The notes under the pieces: generated by a model
The model's input: the letters and a program-made list of their open reading frames with translations, nothing else
What the model was told of the DNA's origin: nothing
Database searches by the model: none
Part shown: positions 54,763 through 63,892 of the stretch, piece after piece
Numbering within the stretch: position 1 is the stretch's first letter
Layout of the letters: each line of letters starts with the position of its first letter
Origin: Betaproteobacteria bacterium
GTDB taxonomy: Bacteria; Pseudomonadota; Gammaproteobacteria; Burkholderiales; SG8-39
Reading direction: 5' to 3'
Assembly (NCBI GenBank): GCA_029883975.1
Contig: JAOUIL010000007.1
Span: 1,627 to 65,626, forward strand
Length of the DNA: 64,000 nt
Translations under genes and position numbers: made by a program

Positions 54763-55827
54763 ATGGCGCAGGACGCAGTTCCCACCAGCATCGCCGTGCT
54801 GCGCATGTCCGCGCTCGGCGACGTGGTGATGACGCTGCCGCTGCTGCGCACGCTGCAAAAGGCCTTCCCGCGCGCGAAGCTCTACTGGATCGTGGCGCGG
54901 CCGTTCCACGCCATCGTCGAGGGCGTCTCCGGCGTCGAGCTGATCGTCATCGACAAGCCGCGCGGGCCGCTTTCCTACTGGCGCCTGTGGCGCCAGCTGC
55001 GGGCATACTCCTTCGACTGGCTGCTCGCGCCGCAGGCCAGCATGCGCGCCAACCTCGTCATGTCGGCGACGCGCGCCGGGCGCAAGATCGGCTTCGGCGC
55101 GCTGCACTCGCGCGACTTGCAGCGCTGGTTCGTCGACGAGTTCGTGCCCGCGGAGCCCGAGCACCTGATCGACAGCTTCCTGCGCTTCGCCACCTACGTC
55201 GGCGCGCGCGAGCATGTCCTGGAATGGGGCCTGCCGCTCAAGCCCGAGGAGCACGATTGGGCGCGCGCACAGGTGACGAACGCGCGCGGCATCAAGCTTG
55301 CCGTGGTGCTGGCGGCGAGCAAGGCCGAGCGCAACTGGCCCGTCGAGCGCTACCGCGAGGCGCTCAACCGCGTCGCCGCGCGCTGGCCGCTGACGGTCGT
55401 GCTGATCGGCGGCCCCGGCGAGGGCGAGCGACGGCTCGCCGCCGAGCTGCGCGAAGGCCTCGTGCCGGCGGTGCTCGATCTCGTCGGGCAGACCAGCCTG
55501 CGGCAGCTGGCGGCGCTCCTCGGGCAGGTGGACGCCTTGCTCGCGCCCGACACGGGCCCCTTGCACATCGCGCAGGCGATGAACAAGCCCGTGGTCGGCC
55601 TGTACGCAGTGGCGCCGTCGAAGAAGACCGGCCCCTACCTCGAGCCGCAATGGACGGTGGACGTGTTCGACGAGGCCGCGGCGACCATCCTCGGCCGCGA
55701 GCGGATGGGCTGGCGACAGCGGGTGCACGACGAGCGGGCGCTGCGCCTCATCACCGTGGATGCGGTAGTGGGTAAAATGGAGAAACTTTTCGAGCATCGC
55801 GGTTTCAAACGGCTGGCGAACCCATGA
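54763..55827 (+). CDS. glycosyltransferase family 9 (heptosyltransferase-like)
   Basis: 354 aa with IAVLRMSALGDVVMTLPLLRTLQKAFP and DTGPLHIAQAM, typical of the GT9 family. Confidence 0.8.
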   Translation: MAQDAVPTSIAVLRMSALGDVVMTLPLLRTLQKAFPRAKLYWIVARPFHAIVEGVSGVELIVIDKPRGPLSYWRLWRQLRAYSFDWLLAPQASMRANLVMSATRAGRKIGFGALHSRDLQRWFVDEFVPAEPEHLIDSFLRFATYVGAREHVLEWGLPLKPEEHDWARAQVTNARGIKLAVVLAASKAERNWPVERYREALNRVAARWPLTVVLIGGPGEGERRLAAELREGLVPAVLDLVGQTSLRQLAALLGQVDALLAPDTGPLHIAQAMNKPVVGLYAVAPSKKTGPYLEPQWTVDVFDEAAATILGRERMGWRQRVHDERALRLITVDAVVGKMEKLFEHRGFKRLANP

Positions 55828-56459
55828 GCACCGAACTTCTCGACCTGGACAGGCTGCGCGCGCAGCCCATCGTGCGCGATCCGTTTCCCTTCGTGGTGGT
55901 GAGCGGCATGCTCAAGCCGGGCGCCATCAAGGACATCTCGCGCGACTTCCCGCCGATCGGCGACGGTGGCGTCTATCCCGTGGACATCCTGCCGCTCGGC
56001 CCTGCCATGAAGAAGCTGGTGGAGGAGATCGGCGGCGAGGAGTTCCGCAAGGTGGTGGAGGAGAAGTTCGGGCTGGATCTCCAGGGCCGGCCGACGATGA
56101 TCACGCTGCGCGGCCGCTCGCGCGAGAAGGACGGGCGAATCCACAAGGACTCGGACGACAAGGTGGTGAGCCTGCTCCTCTACCTCAACGAGGACTGGCC
56201 GCACAAGACCGGCAACCTGAGGATGCTGCGCTCGCCGGACGACCTGGAGAGCACGGTGGCGGAGATTCCCTCGACCGCCGGCACCCTGGTGATCTTCGAG
56301 GTGACGCCCAACGGCTGGCACGGACACCACAAGTACGTCGGCGAGCGGCGCGTGCTGATGCTCAACTACATGACGGGCGCCGAGTCGCATTCGCGCGAGC
56401 TCAAGCGCCACCGCTTCTCGGCAAAGATCAAGGGGTTCAAGAAGCGGCTGGGGCTGTAG
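55824..56459 (+). CDS. 2OG-Fe(II) oxygenase superfamily protein
   Basis: ATG 55824 overlaps the GT9 stop (ATGA). It has the HxD motif RIHKDSD, a distal His in NGWHGH, and a basic C-terminal tail. Confidence 0.7.
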   Translation: MSTELLDLDRLRAQPIVRDPFPFVVVSGMLKPGAIKDISRDFPPIGDGGVYPVDILPLGPAMKKLVEEIGGEEFRKVVEEKFGLDLQGRPTMITLRGRSREKDGRIHKDSDDKVVSLLLYLNEDWPHKTGNLRMLRSPDDLESTVAEIPSTAGTLVIFEVTPNGWHGHHKYVGERRVLMLNYMTGAESHSRELKRHRFSAKIKGFKKRLGL

Positions 56460-56491
56460 GTCGCGCCGCAGCCATCTTCCAGGGAGGGGAA

Positions 56492-57331
56492 ATGGCGGAC
56501 CAGCGCAAGCCGGTGCCCATGAAGGTGGGCGCCAACACCATGTCGTTCATGTGGAAGACCTCCGCGCGCAAGGCGCTGGAGACGCTCGCGCGGGAGGGGT
56601 ACCGGTGCTTCGAGGTGATGGCGCAGCGCCCGCACTTCGACCCGTACATGAAGCGCGCCGAAGCGCTCGCCTTCGCGCGCTTCCTGCGCGCTGCCGGGCT
56701 CACGGTCGAGACGATCAACCTGCCGAGCCTGGACCAGAACCTGGCCAGCGCGTCCCCGGAGATGCGCGACTATTCGGTGCGCCTGTTCGAGCGCCTGGTC
56801 GCCATCGCCGAGACCATCGGCGCAGCCGCGGTCGTCATGGTGACGGGACGCGTCAATCCCCTGATCGCGCCGGCGAGGGCGGACCTGGAGGGCTGGTTTG
56901 CCGAAGCCTTCGGGCGCGTTCTGCGCGCAGCGGAGCGCGCCGGCGTGCACCTGCTGCTGGAGAACATCCCCATGGGCGTGTACCCGCGCGCCGACCAGCT
57001 GATCCGCTTCGCCGAGCGCATCGACAGCCCGCTGGTGGGCATCTGCTACGACATCGCCAACGCACACTTCATCGGCGAGGACACGGCCAAGGGGCTGCGC
57101 AAGGTGAAAGCGCGGCTGGGCATCGTTCACCTGTCCGACACGGGACGGAAGGCCTGGCGCCACGACCCGGTCGGGGAGGGCAGCTGCGACTTCGCCGGTT
57201 TCGGCGCGACGCTGCGCAAGATCGGCTACTCGCGGACCTCCATGCTAGAGATCGTCTCGGACGAGCCGGTCGCGGGCATCGTTGCCAGCCACCGAGCGAT
57301 TGCGCAGTGGGGCTGGGCGACGCCCGGGTGA
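56492..57331 (+). CDS. sugar phosphate isomerase/epimerase (xylose isomerase-like TIM barrel)
   Basis: 279 aa with LLLENIP and DIANAH, typical AP endonuclease 2 / XylA-like barrel motifs. Confidence 0.75.
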   Translation: MADQRKPVPMKVGANTMSFMWKTSARKALETLAREGYRCFEVMAQRPHFDPYMKRAEALAFARFLRAAGLTVETINLPSLDQNLASASPEMRDYSVRLFERLVAIAETIGAAAVVMVTGRVNPLIAPARADLEGWFAEAFGRVLRAAERAGVHLLLENIPMGVYPRADQLIRFAERIDSPLVGICYDIANAHFIGEDTAKGLRKVKARLGIVHLSDTGRKAWRHDPVGEGSCDFAGFGATLRKIGYSRTSMLEIVSDEPVAGIVASHRAIAQWGWATPG

Positions 57332-57332
57332 G

Positions 57333-57818
57333 CTAAACCCAGACCTGGATGACGTAGTCGTAGGCGGCCTGCGCGTTGGTCATGTCCACGCGCTGCAGCT
57401 TGATCCTGTAGCCGCCCTTGGCCTTCTTCAGCTGGTGGGTGTACTGGCCGGCGAAATGGCGCACGTCGTCGCGCCGCAGCTCCATCATGTGAAAGCGCGA
57501 GCGCGCCGTCACGTCGCCGTTCTTCGCCACCTTGTCGATCACCACGTTGGAAACGATGTGGTTGGTGCCCCACAGCGGCCGCTGCGACCAGGCGTCGGGG
57601 TGTTGCACGCGACCCATGCGCACGGTCATCAGGTTCTTGTCCTCGGCGAAGATCGCGGGCATCCCTTCCCAGGTCTTGTGCGAGGGCTCGGGCGGCATCC
57701 AGTACACGCCGTCGGGCGTGAAAAGGTCGATCCACGCCTGCCACTGCTTGGAGTCGAGCAGCTCCGCCTGCCGGTAGAGGAACTGCTCGACGTCGTGCTG
57801 CACTTGGACCCTGCTCAC
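57333..57818 (-). CDS. aromatic ring-hydroxylating dioxygenase beta subunit
   Basis: GTG 57818 overlaps the alpha-subunit stop (GTGA). The 161-aa product has EQFLYRQAELLDSKQWQAWIDLFTPDGVYWMP, typical of the SnoaL-like beta subunit. Confidence 0.85.
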   Translation of the reverse strand: MSRVQVQHDVEQFLYRQAELLDSKQWQAWIDLFTPDGVYWMPPEPSHKTWEGMPAIFAEDKNLMTVRMGRVQHPDAWSQRPLWGTNHIVSNVVIDKVAKNGDVTARSRFHMMELRRDDVRHFAGQYTHQLKKAKGGYRIKLQRVDMTNAQAAYDYVIQVWV

Positions 57819-59146
57819 CGCGCTCCTCCCATGAACCGCGCCCAGGCCTTCATCTGGTTGCGCATCGGCGCTTCCGACGTGCCCTGGTTGGGCGCCGACT
57901 CCACCACGCCGTTCTTCTCGATGTCGTGGCCGTGATGGCGCGCAAAGCTCACCCAGTCGCCGCCGTCCGAGGACAGGCCCTGGTGGCACTTCCAGAAGTT
58001 CTCCAGGTCGTCCGCGTTGATCATCGTGGAGGGCGAGTTGACGAGGTTGTAATAGGCCAGCGACCTGCGGTAGATCGGCTCCGGCGCGCCCTTGAGGCGG
58101 AAGTGCCAGATCTCGGTGAGCGTCCTGTCCACGCCGAGCGGGCGCACCGCGCGCAGCTGCTGCAGCGGCGACTGCACCGACAGGCCCGGGTAGAGCAGCA
58201 CGTGGTGGATGTTGACGCCGATGATCTCCTCGAAGCGCTTCTTGCCGTACGCCTTGATCATGATCTTGTCGTAGGCGAGCGTGTCCGGGTCCTGCGGCCT
58301 GAGGCCCATGTAGCCGGTGAGGATGCAGTGGCCGTAGGGATAGTTGATGGTCTGGAAGTTGTCCCACTTGTCGATGGTCACGGTCGCGAAGGCCGACAGC
58401 ATGTGGTACGAGAGCGGTACCTCGCCCTTCTTCGTCTTCTTCGCCAATTGCTTTTCCACCTCGTGCGCCGCGCGGCCGGTGGACTGGTGCGTGACCGAGG
58501 GGTGCAGCGCGTCGAGCTGGTTCTCGAGGAAGATCTTCCAGTTGGAGTGCTGGATGACGCGGAAGCAGTTCGGCACCACCTCGACCTCGCCCTCGGGGGC
58601 GCGGTCGCACATGTCGTCGAAGGCGACGATGGCGGGCCCGAGGAACTCCTTGAGCGACGGGCCGTCCGCCGCCAGGCTGGCGAAGACGAAGCCGCGATAG
58701 CTCTCGACGCGCGCCGCGCGCTTCACGCAGAGCTCGGCGCTGTCCTTGCCGATGCGCGTGCCCTGGTAGCCCGACTCCATCATCGGGATGCTGCGCAGCC
58801 TGCCGTCGGGATGGAAGGTCCAGGCGTGGTAGGAGCAGCGGAAGAACTCGCCGGTGTTGCCGCTCCTGTCGCCGCAGAGCATGTTGCCGCGGTGCGGGCA
58901 GCGGTTGTAGAGCACGTGCACCTTCTTGTCCTTGCCGCGCACCAGGATCATCGGCTGGCGGCCGATCTGCACCGTGTAATAGTCGCCGGGCTTGGGCACC
59001 TGGCTCTCGTGCCCGCAGTAGATCCACACCGTCTCGTGAATGCGTTGCATTTCGAGATCGAAGACCTGCGGGTCGGTGTAGACCTCCTTGCGGACCCGGT
59101 CGGGCTCCACGAACTTGGCAAGGTCGGGAATGCGTTCCTGCAGCAT
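57815..59146 (-). CDS. Rieske (2Fe-2S) aromatic ring-hydroxylating dioxygenase alpha subunit
   Basis: 443 aa with the Rieske motif CGHES...CPHRG and the mononuclear iron motif NQLDALHPSVTH. Confidence 0.9.
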   Translation of the reverse strand: MLQERIPDLAKFVEPDRVRKEVYTDPQVFDLEMQRIHETVWIYCGHESQVPKPGDYYTVQIGRQPMILVRGKDKKVHVLYNRCPHRGNMLCGDRSGNTGEFFRCSYHAWTFHPDGRLRSIPMMESGYQGTRIGKDSAELCVKRAARVESYRGFVFASLAADGPSLKEFLGPAIVAFDDMCDRAPEGEVEVVPNCFRVIQHSNWKIFLENQLDALHPSVTHQSTGRAAHEVEKQLAKKTKKGEVPLSYHMLSAFATVTIDKWDNFQTINYPYGHCILTGYMGLRPQDPDTLAYDKIMIKAYGKKRFEEIIGVNIHHVLLYPGLSVQSPLQQLRAVRPLGVDRTLTEIWHFRLKGAPEPIYRRSLAYYNLVNSPSTMINADDLENFWKCHQGLSSDGGDWVSFARHHGHDIEKNGVVESAPNQGTSEAPMRNQMKAWARFMGGAR

Positions 59147-59208
59147 GGGGCTCCTCCTCGGCGCGAAACGTGGGAGATTCTAACGCCGGCCCCCAGTTAA
59201 GATGGGGC

Positions 59209-60873
59209 ATGGGTTTCGCATGCGACGTGCTGGTGGCGGGCTCGGGTGCGGGCGGGCTCGCCGCCGCGGTGACTGCGCGCGAGGCCGGGCTCGACGTGCT
59301 GGTCGCGGAAAAAGAGCCCTGGTTCGGCGGCACCACCGCGCTCTCGGGCGGCTGGCTGTGGATCCCGAACCACCCGATGCAGAAGGAGATCGGCGTCGCA
59401 GACTCGATCGAGGACGCGAGCACCTATCTGCTGCATGAGGCGGGCGAGAAATTCGACCCCGAGCGCGTCAACGCCTTCCTCACCGCGGGCCCGCGCATGA
59501 TCGAGTTCTTCACGCGCGAGACGGCGGTGAAGTTCGATCCTTCGGCGACCTTCTCCGACTACCACCCCGACGCGCCCGGCGGGCGGCCGGGCGGGCGCTC
59601 GATCGTGGCGCGCGCCTTCGACGGGCGCGAGCTGGGGCGCATGCTGAGCATGCTGCGCCCGCCGCTCCCGGAGCTCACGGTGTTCGGCATCATGATCGGC
59701 TCGGGCGCGGAGCTGGTGCACTTCATGCGCTGGTCGAAGTCGCTCGCCTCGGCCGCGTTCGTCGCGCGGCGCCTGCTCGGCCACGGCGCGGCGACGCTGT
59801 TTCACGGGCGCGGCGTGCGGCTCACCAACGGCAACGCGCTCGCCGGACGGCTCCTCAAGTCGGCGCTCGACGCGGGCGTGCGCCTGGAAGCCTCGACGTC
59901 GGTGAAGGAGCTCGTCCGCGAAGAGGGCCGCGTGACCGGCGCGATCCTCGAATCCGGCGGCAGCGCGGTCCGAGTCATGGCGAGAAAGGGCGTAGTGCTC
60001 GCTTGCGGCGGATTCCCGCGCGACGGCGCGCGCCAGGCGCGGCTGTTCCGCCACCGCGAGCATTATTCGCCGGCGCCGCCGGGCAACACCGGCGACGGGC
60101 TGAAGATCGCCGAGGCGGCGGGCGCCCTGCTGGACGAATCGCTGCCCAACGCCGCGGCCTGGGTGCCGGTGTCGCGCGTGCCGCGCGGCGGCGGGGCCTA
60201 CGGCCTGTTCCCGCACTTCATCGACCGCGCCAAGCCCGGCGTCCTCGCCGTGACGCGGCACGGCACGCGCTTCGTGAACGAGGGCAACTCGTACCACGAC
60301 TTCGTGCAGGCGCTCCTGACGACGGGCGAGACGCACGCGTGGCTCGTGACCGACCATCGCGCGCTGCGCGCCTACGGCCTCGGGTTCGTGAAGCCGCGGC
60401 CGCTGCCGATCGCGCCGCACTTGAAGTCCGGCTATCTGCTGCGTGGCGAAACGGTCGGCGAGCTGGCGGTGCGCGCGGGCATCCACGTTGCGCTCGAGGG
60501 CACGGTCGAGGCATACAACGCGCACGCGAAAATGGGATCTGACCCTGTTTTTCGCAAAGGCGAGAACGCCTACAACCGTTTCTACGGCGACCCGGACATC
60601 GAGCCCAACCCTTGCGTCGCGCCGCTCGCGCAGCCGCCCTTCTACGCGGTGCGCGTGGAGATCGGCGACCTCGGCACCTACGCGGGCATCGCCACCAACG
60701 GCCACGCCCAGGTGCTCGATGCGCACAAGCGCCCGATCCCCGGCCTGTACGCGGCGGGCAACGACGCGCTCTCCATCATGGGCGGCAACTATCCCGGGCC
60801 CGGCATCACGCTCGGCCCCGCCATGACCTTCGGCTGGATCGCCGGCCGCCACCTCGCAGGACAACTGCCATGA
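59209..60873 (+). CDS. FAD-dependent oxidoreductase (3-ketosteroid dehydrogenase-like), paralog of 47043..48719
   Basis: CDVLVAGSGAGGLAAA, EKEPWFGGTTALSGG and the C-terminal YAAGND...GPGITLGPA. The start was chosen at ATG 59209. Confidence 0.85.
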   Translation: MGFACDVLVAGSGAGGLAAAVTAREAGLDVLVAEKEPWFGGTTALSGGWLWIPNHPMQKEIGVADSIEDASTYLLHEAGEKFDPERVNAFLTAGPRMIEFFTRETAVKFDPSATFSDYHPDAPGGRPGGRSIVARAFDGRELGRMLSMLRPPLPELTVFGIMIGSGAELVHFMRWSKSLASAAFVARRLLGHGAATLFHGRGVRLTNGNALAGRLLKSALDAGVRLEASTSVKELVREEGRVTGAILESGGSAVRVMARKGVVLACGGFPRDGARQARLFRHREHYSPAPPGNTGDGLKIAEAAGALLDESLPNAAAWVPVSRVPRGGGAYGLFPHFIDRAKPGVLAVTRHGTRFVNEGNSYHDFVQALLTTGETHAWLVTDHRALRAYGLGFVKPRPLPIAPHLKSGYLLRGETVGELAVRAGIHVALEGTVEAYNAHAKMGSDPVFRKGENAYNRFYGDPDIEPNPCVAPLAQPPFYAVRVEIGDLGTYAGIATNGHAQVLDAHKRPIPGLYAAGNDALSIMGGNYPGPGITLGPAMTFGWIAGRHLAGQLP

Positions 60874-62312
60874 ACACCGCCTTCTGGTCCGCTACCAAGC
60901 TCGTTGCCGCCCTGCGCGCGAAGAAGATCAGCGCGCTCGAGCTGTTCGACCTGTACGCCGCGCGCGTGCGCCAGCACAACCGGGCGCTGAACGCCATCTG
61001 CGTCATGAACCTCGACGCAGACCGGAAGGCCGCGCGCGCCGCGGATCGCTTCCGCGGCAAGCGCGGGCCGCTGCACGGGCTGCCGATGACGGTGAAGGAA
61101 TCCTTCGATGTCGCGGGCTGGCCCACCACCTGGGGGATGCCGGAGCACAAGGACAACTTCGCGAGGAAGGACGCGCTCGCGGTCGAGCGCCTGAGGCGGG
61201 CGGGCGCCATCGTCTTCGGCAAGACCAACGTGCCGGTGCTGCTTGCCGACTGGCAGAGCTTCAACCCGATCTATGGCACCACCAACAATCCGTGGGACCT
61301 GCTGCGCACGCCGGGCGGCTCCTCCGGCGGCTCGGCGGCGGCGCTCGCCGCGGGCCTGACGGGCCTCGAGCTGGGCAGCGACATCGGCGCCTCGATCCGC
61401 AACCCGGCACACTACTGCGGCGTCTACGGCCACAAGCCGACCTGGGGCATCTGCTCCTCGCGCGGCCACGCGCTGCCCGGATCGGCGCACCCCGGCGACA
61501 TCGCGGCGATCGGGCCGCTGGCGAGGTGCGCGGACGACCTCAAGCTCGCCATGGACATCATCGCCGGACCCGACGCCGTCGACGGCGCGGGCTGGAAGCT
61601 CGCGCTGGACAAGCCGGGGATCCCTTCTTTCCGCAAGCTGCGCGTGGCGGTGATGCCCTCGCACCCGACTGCCGAAGTGGACTCGAGCGTCTCCGGCGCG
61701 ATCGAGCGCCTGGCGCACGCGCTGGCGAAGAAGGGCGCCAGGGTTTCCGACAAGGCACGTCCCGCCTTTGAAGCCGAGGAGGCGCACCGTGTGTACCTCG
61801 CGCTGCTGCGCTCGGCGACCTCGGCGCGACAGTCGCCGCACCACGTGGCGCTATGGGAGGAGCTCTTCCAGACGCGGCCGAAGGAGGACATGAGCTACGA
61901 GGCCCAGGCCGCGCGCGCGAACGTCATGCGCCACAAGGAGTGGCTCGGCTGGTCCAACCGCCGCCACCAGATGCGCCTGCTGTGGGCGGAGTTCTTCAAG
62001 CAGTGGGACGTGCTGCTCTGCCCGCCGGCGGCGACGCCCGCGTTTCCCCAGAACCAGCGCGGCGAGCGCTGGGAGCGCATGATCGAGGTGAACGGCAGGC
62101 CGCAGCCCTCCACCACGCAGATGTTCTGGGCGGGCTACTCCGGCATGTGTTTCCTGCCCTCGACCGTGGCGCCGATCGAGCTCGCCGGCGGCAAGCTCCC
62201 GGTCGGCGTGCAGATCGTGGGGCCGCAGTACGGCGACTACCGCACGATCGCGGTGGCGCGGCTCGTCGAGCGCGACTACTTCGCCTTCACGCCGCCGCCG
62301 GGGTACGATTAG
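60870..62312 (+). CDS. amidase (amidase-signature family)
   Basis: ATG 60870 overlaps the upstream stop (ATGA). GGSSGGSAAALA and GSDIGASIR are the AS-family signatures. Confidence 0.9.
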   Translation: MNTAFWSATKLVAALRAKKISALELFDLYAARVRQHNRALNAICVMNLDADRKAARAADRFRGKRGPLHGLPMTVKESFDVAGWPTTWGMPEHKDNFARKDALAVERLRRAGAIVFGKTNVPVLLADWQSFNPIYGTTNNPWDLLRTPGGSSGGSAAALAAGLTGLELGSDIGASIRNPAHYCGVYGHKPTWGICSSRGHALPGSAHPGDIAAIGPLARCADDLKLAMDIIAGPDAVDGAGWKLALDKPGIPSFRKLRVAVMPSHPTAEVDSSVSGAIERLAHALAKKGARVSDKARPAFEAEEAHRVYLALLRSATSARQSPHHVALWEELFQTRPKEDMSYEAQAARANVMRHKEWLGWSNRRHQMRLLWAEFFKQWDVLLCPPAATPAFPQNQRGERWERMIEVNGRPQPSTTQMFWAGYSGMCFLPSTVAPIELAGGKLPVGVQIVGPQYGDYRTIAVARLVERDYFAFTPPPGYD

Positions 62313-63214
62313 AGCGCGTCGTAGTGCTGCGCCATGCGCCGCCGACCGGCCTCGTCGGGCATTGGGCCGAAGCCCGCGGCGACGTTGTCCTGCATGTGCG
62401 CCGGCTTGCCGGTGGCCGGGATGACGCAGGTGACGGCCGGGTGCGACACGATCCACTTGAGGAAGTACTGCGCCCAGCTGGCGATGCCAAGCTCGGCGGC
62501 CCAGGCGGGCAGCGGCTTGCCGCGCACGCGCGCGAACATGCCTCCGGTCGCGAACGGGCGGTTCACCATCACCGCGACGCCGAGCTGCGCCGCGAGCGGC
62601 AGCAGCCGCTCGGCCGCGTGCGGCTCCTCGAGCGAATAGTTGATCTGCACGAAGTCGTACTGCTTCGTGCGCAGCCAGCGCTCGACCTCGGCGTGCGCCG
62701 AGGCCGTGTAGTGCGTGATGCCGACGTAGCGCACGCGCTGCTCCGCCTTCCACGCGAGCAGCGTCTTCGTGTGCGTTTCTACGTCCACGAGGTTGTGCAC
62801 CTGCATGAGGTCCATGCGCCCGGCGCGCATGCGCTCGATCGAGCGCTGCATCTGGCGGATGCCCTCGTCGCGCCCCTGCGTCCACACCTTGGTTGCCATG
62901 AAGAGCGGCTCGCAGATCTTCAGGGCCGCGCACAGATCACCGACCACGGCCTCGCTCGTGCCGTACATGGGGGAGGAATCGACGACGCGCGCGCCCGCGG
63001 CGAACAGGACCTTCAGCACCTCCTGCAGAGCGGGGCGCGCGCCGGCGTCCGCGCCGACGTCGAAGGTCTGCCACGTGCCCAGGCCGATCACCGGCAGCGC
63101 CTCGCCGCTCGCGGGAATGCGCCGCGCGTGCATGGCGGCGCCGGCGGCCGCGCCGGCGCCGCTCAGCGCCATGCCTGCGAGCGCGCCAAGGAATTCACGT
63201 CGGCGTATCGGCAT
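62309..63214 (-). CDS. aldo/keto reductase with a twin-arginine signal
   Basis: 301 aa from ATG 63214 (MPIRRREFLGALAGMALSGAGAAAG) with an AKR fold (GLGTWQTF, DSSPMYG). Its stop overlaps the amidase stop (TTAG). Confidence 0.85.
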   Translation of the reverse strand: MPIRRREFLGALAGMALSGAGAAAGAAMHARRIPASGEALPVIGLGTWQTFDVGADAGARPALQEVLKVLFAAGARVVDSSPMYGTSEAVVGDLCAALKICEPLFMATKVWTQGRDEGIRQMQRSIERMRAGRMDLMQVHNLVDVETHTKTLLAWKAEQRVRYVGITHYTASAHAEVERWLRTKQYDFVQINYSLEEPHAAERLLPLAAQLGVAVMVNRPFATGGMFARVRGKPLPAWAAELGIASWAQYFLKWIVSHPAVTCVIPATGKPAHMQDNVAAGFGPMPDEAGRRRMAQHYDAL

Positions 63215-63291
63215 GTCCACGGCCCGGGGGCCGGCAAACGACGCATGCGCTATAGTAGCCGAGCCTTCGGACCGCCAAGGAGAAACGCGCA

Positions 63292-63885
63292 ATGAGCATC
63301 GGTGCCTGGATCGTCCTCGGGCTCGTCGTGGCGCTCGCCGCCTGGATCATCTCGATCTACAACGGGCTGGTCACGCTGCGCAACCGCTTCAAGAACGCGT
63401 TCGCGCAGATCGACGTGCAGCTGAAGCGCCGCTATGACCTGATTCCCAACCTGGTCGAGGCGGCCAAGGGCTATCTGGCGCACGAGCGCCAGACGCTCGA
63501 GGCGGTGATCGCGGCGCGCGGCGCGGCGGTGAACGCGGCGCAGCGCGCCGCGGCGGCCCCGGGAGAGCCGTCCGCCATGGCGGGGTTGGCGCAGGCCGAG
63601 GGCGTGCTCGGCGGGGCGCTCGGCCGGCTGCTCGCCGTGTTCGAGGCCTATCCCGACCTCAAGGCCAACCAGAACGTCCTGCAGGTGCAGGAAGAGCTGA
63701 CCAGCACGGAGAACAAGGTGGCCTTCGCGCGCCAGGGCTACAACGATGCCGTGATGTCCTACAACACGCGGCGCGAATCGTTTCCGGACAACGTGGTCGC
63801 CGGCCTGTTCGCCTTCAAGGAGGCGATGCTGCTCGAGGCCACCGAGTCCAAGGAGGAGCGGCAGGCGCCGAAGGTGAAGTTCTAG
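63292..63885 (+). CDS. lemA: LemA family protein
   Basis: 197 aa preceded by the RBS AAGGAGA. It has an N-terminal TM helix followed by YNGLVTLRNRFKNAFAQIDVQLKRRYDLIPNLVE. Confidence 0.9.
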   Translation: MSIGAWIVLGLVVALAAWIISIYNGLVTLRNRFKNAFAQIDVQLKRRYDLIPNLVEAAKGYLAHERQTLEAVIAARGAAVNAAQRAAAAPGEPSAMAGLAQAEGVLGGALGRLLAVFEAYPDLKANQNVLQVQEELTSTENKVAFARQGYNDAVMSYNTRRESFPDNVVAGLFAFKEAMLLEATESKEERQAPKVKF

Positions 63886-63892
63886 GGGCGCC

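Noticed and set aside
53371-55797. 808-aa ORF antisense to the PrpD-family and GT9 genes.
   Set aside because: It spans two independently supported plus-strand genes and has a shadow-ORF composition.
57333-59423. 696-aa track ORF on the minus strand, considered as a single gene.
   Set aside because: Only its last 161 codons (from GTG 57818) are real, and they encode the dioxygenase beta subunit. The upstream part lies in an alternative frame of the alpha-subunit gene.
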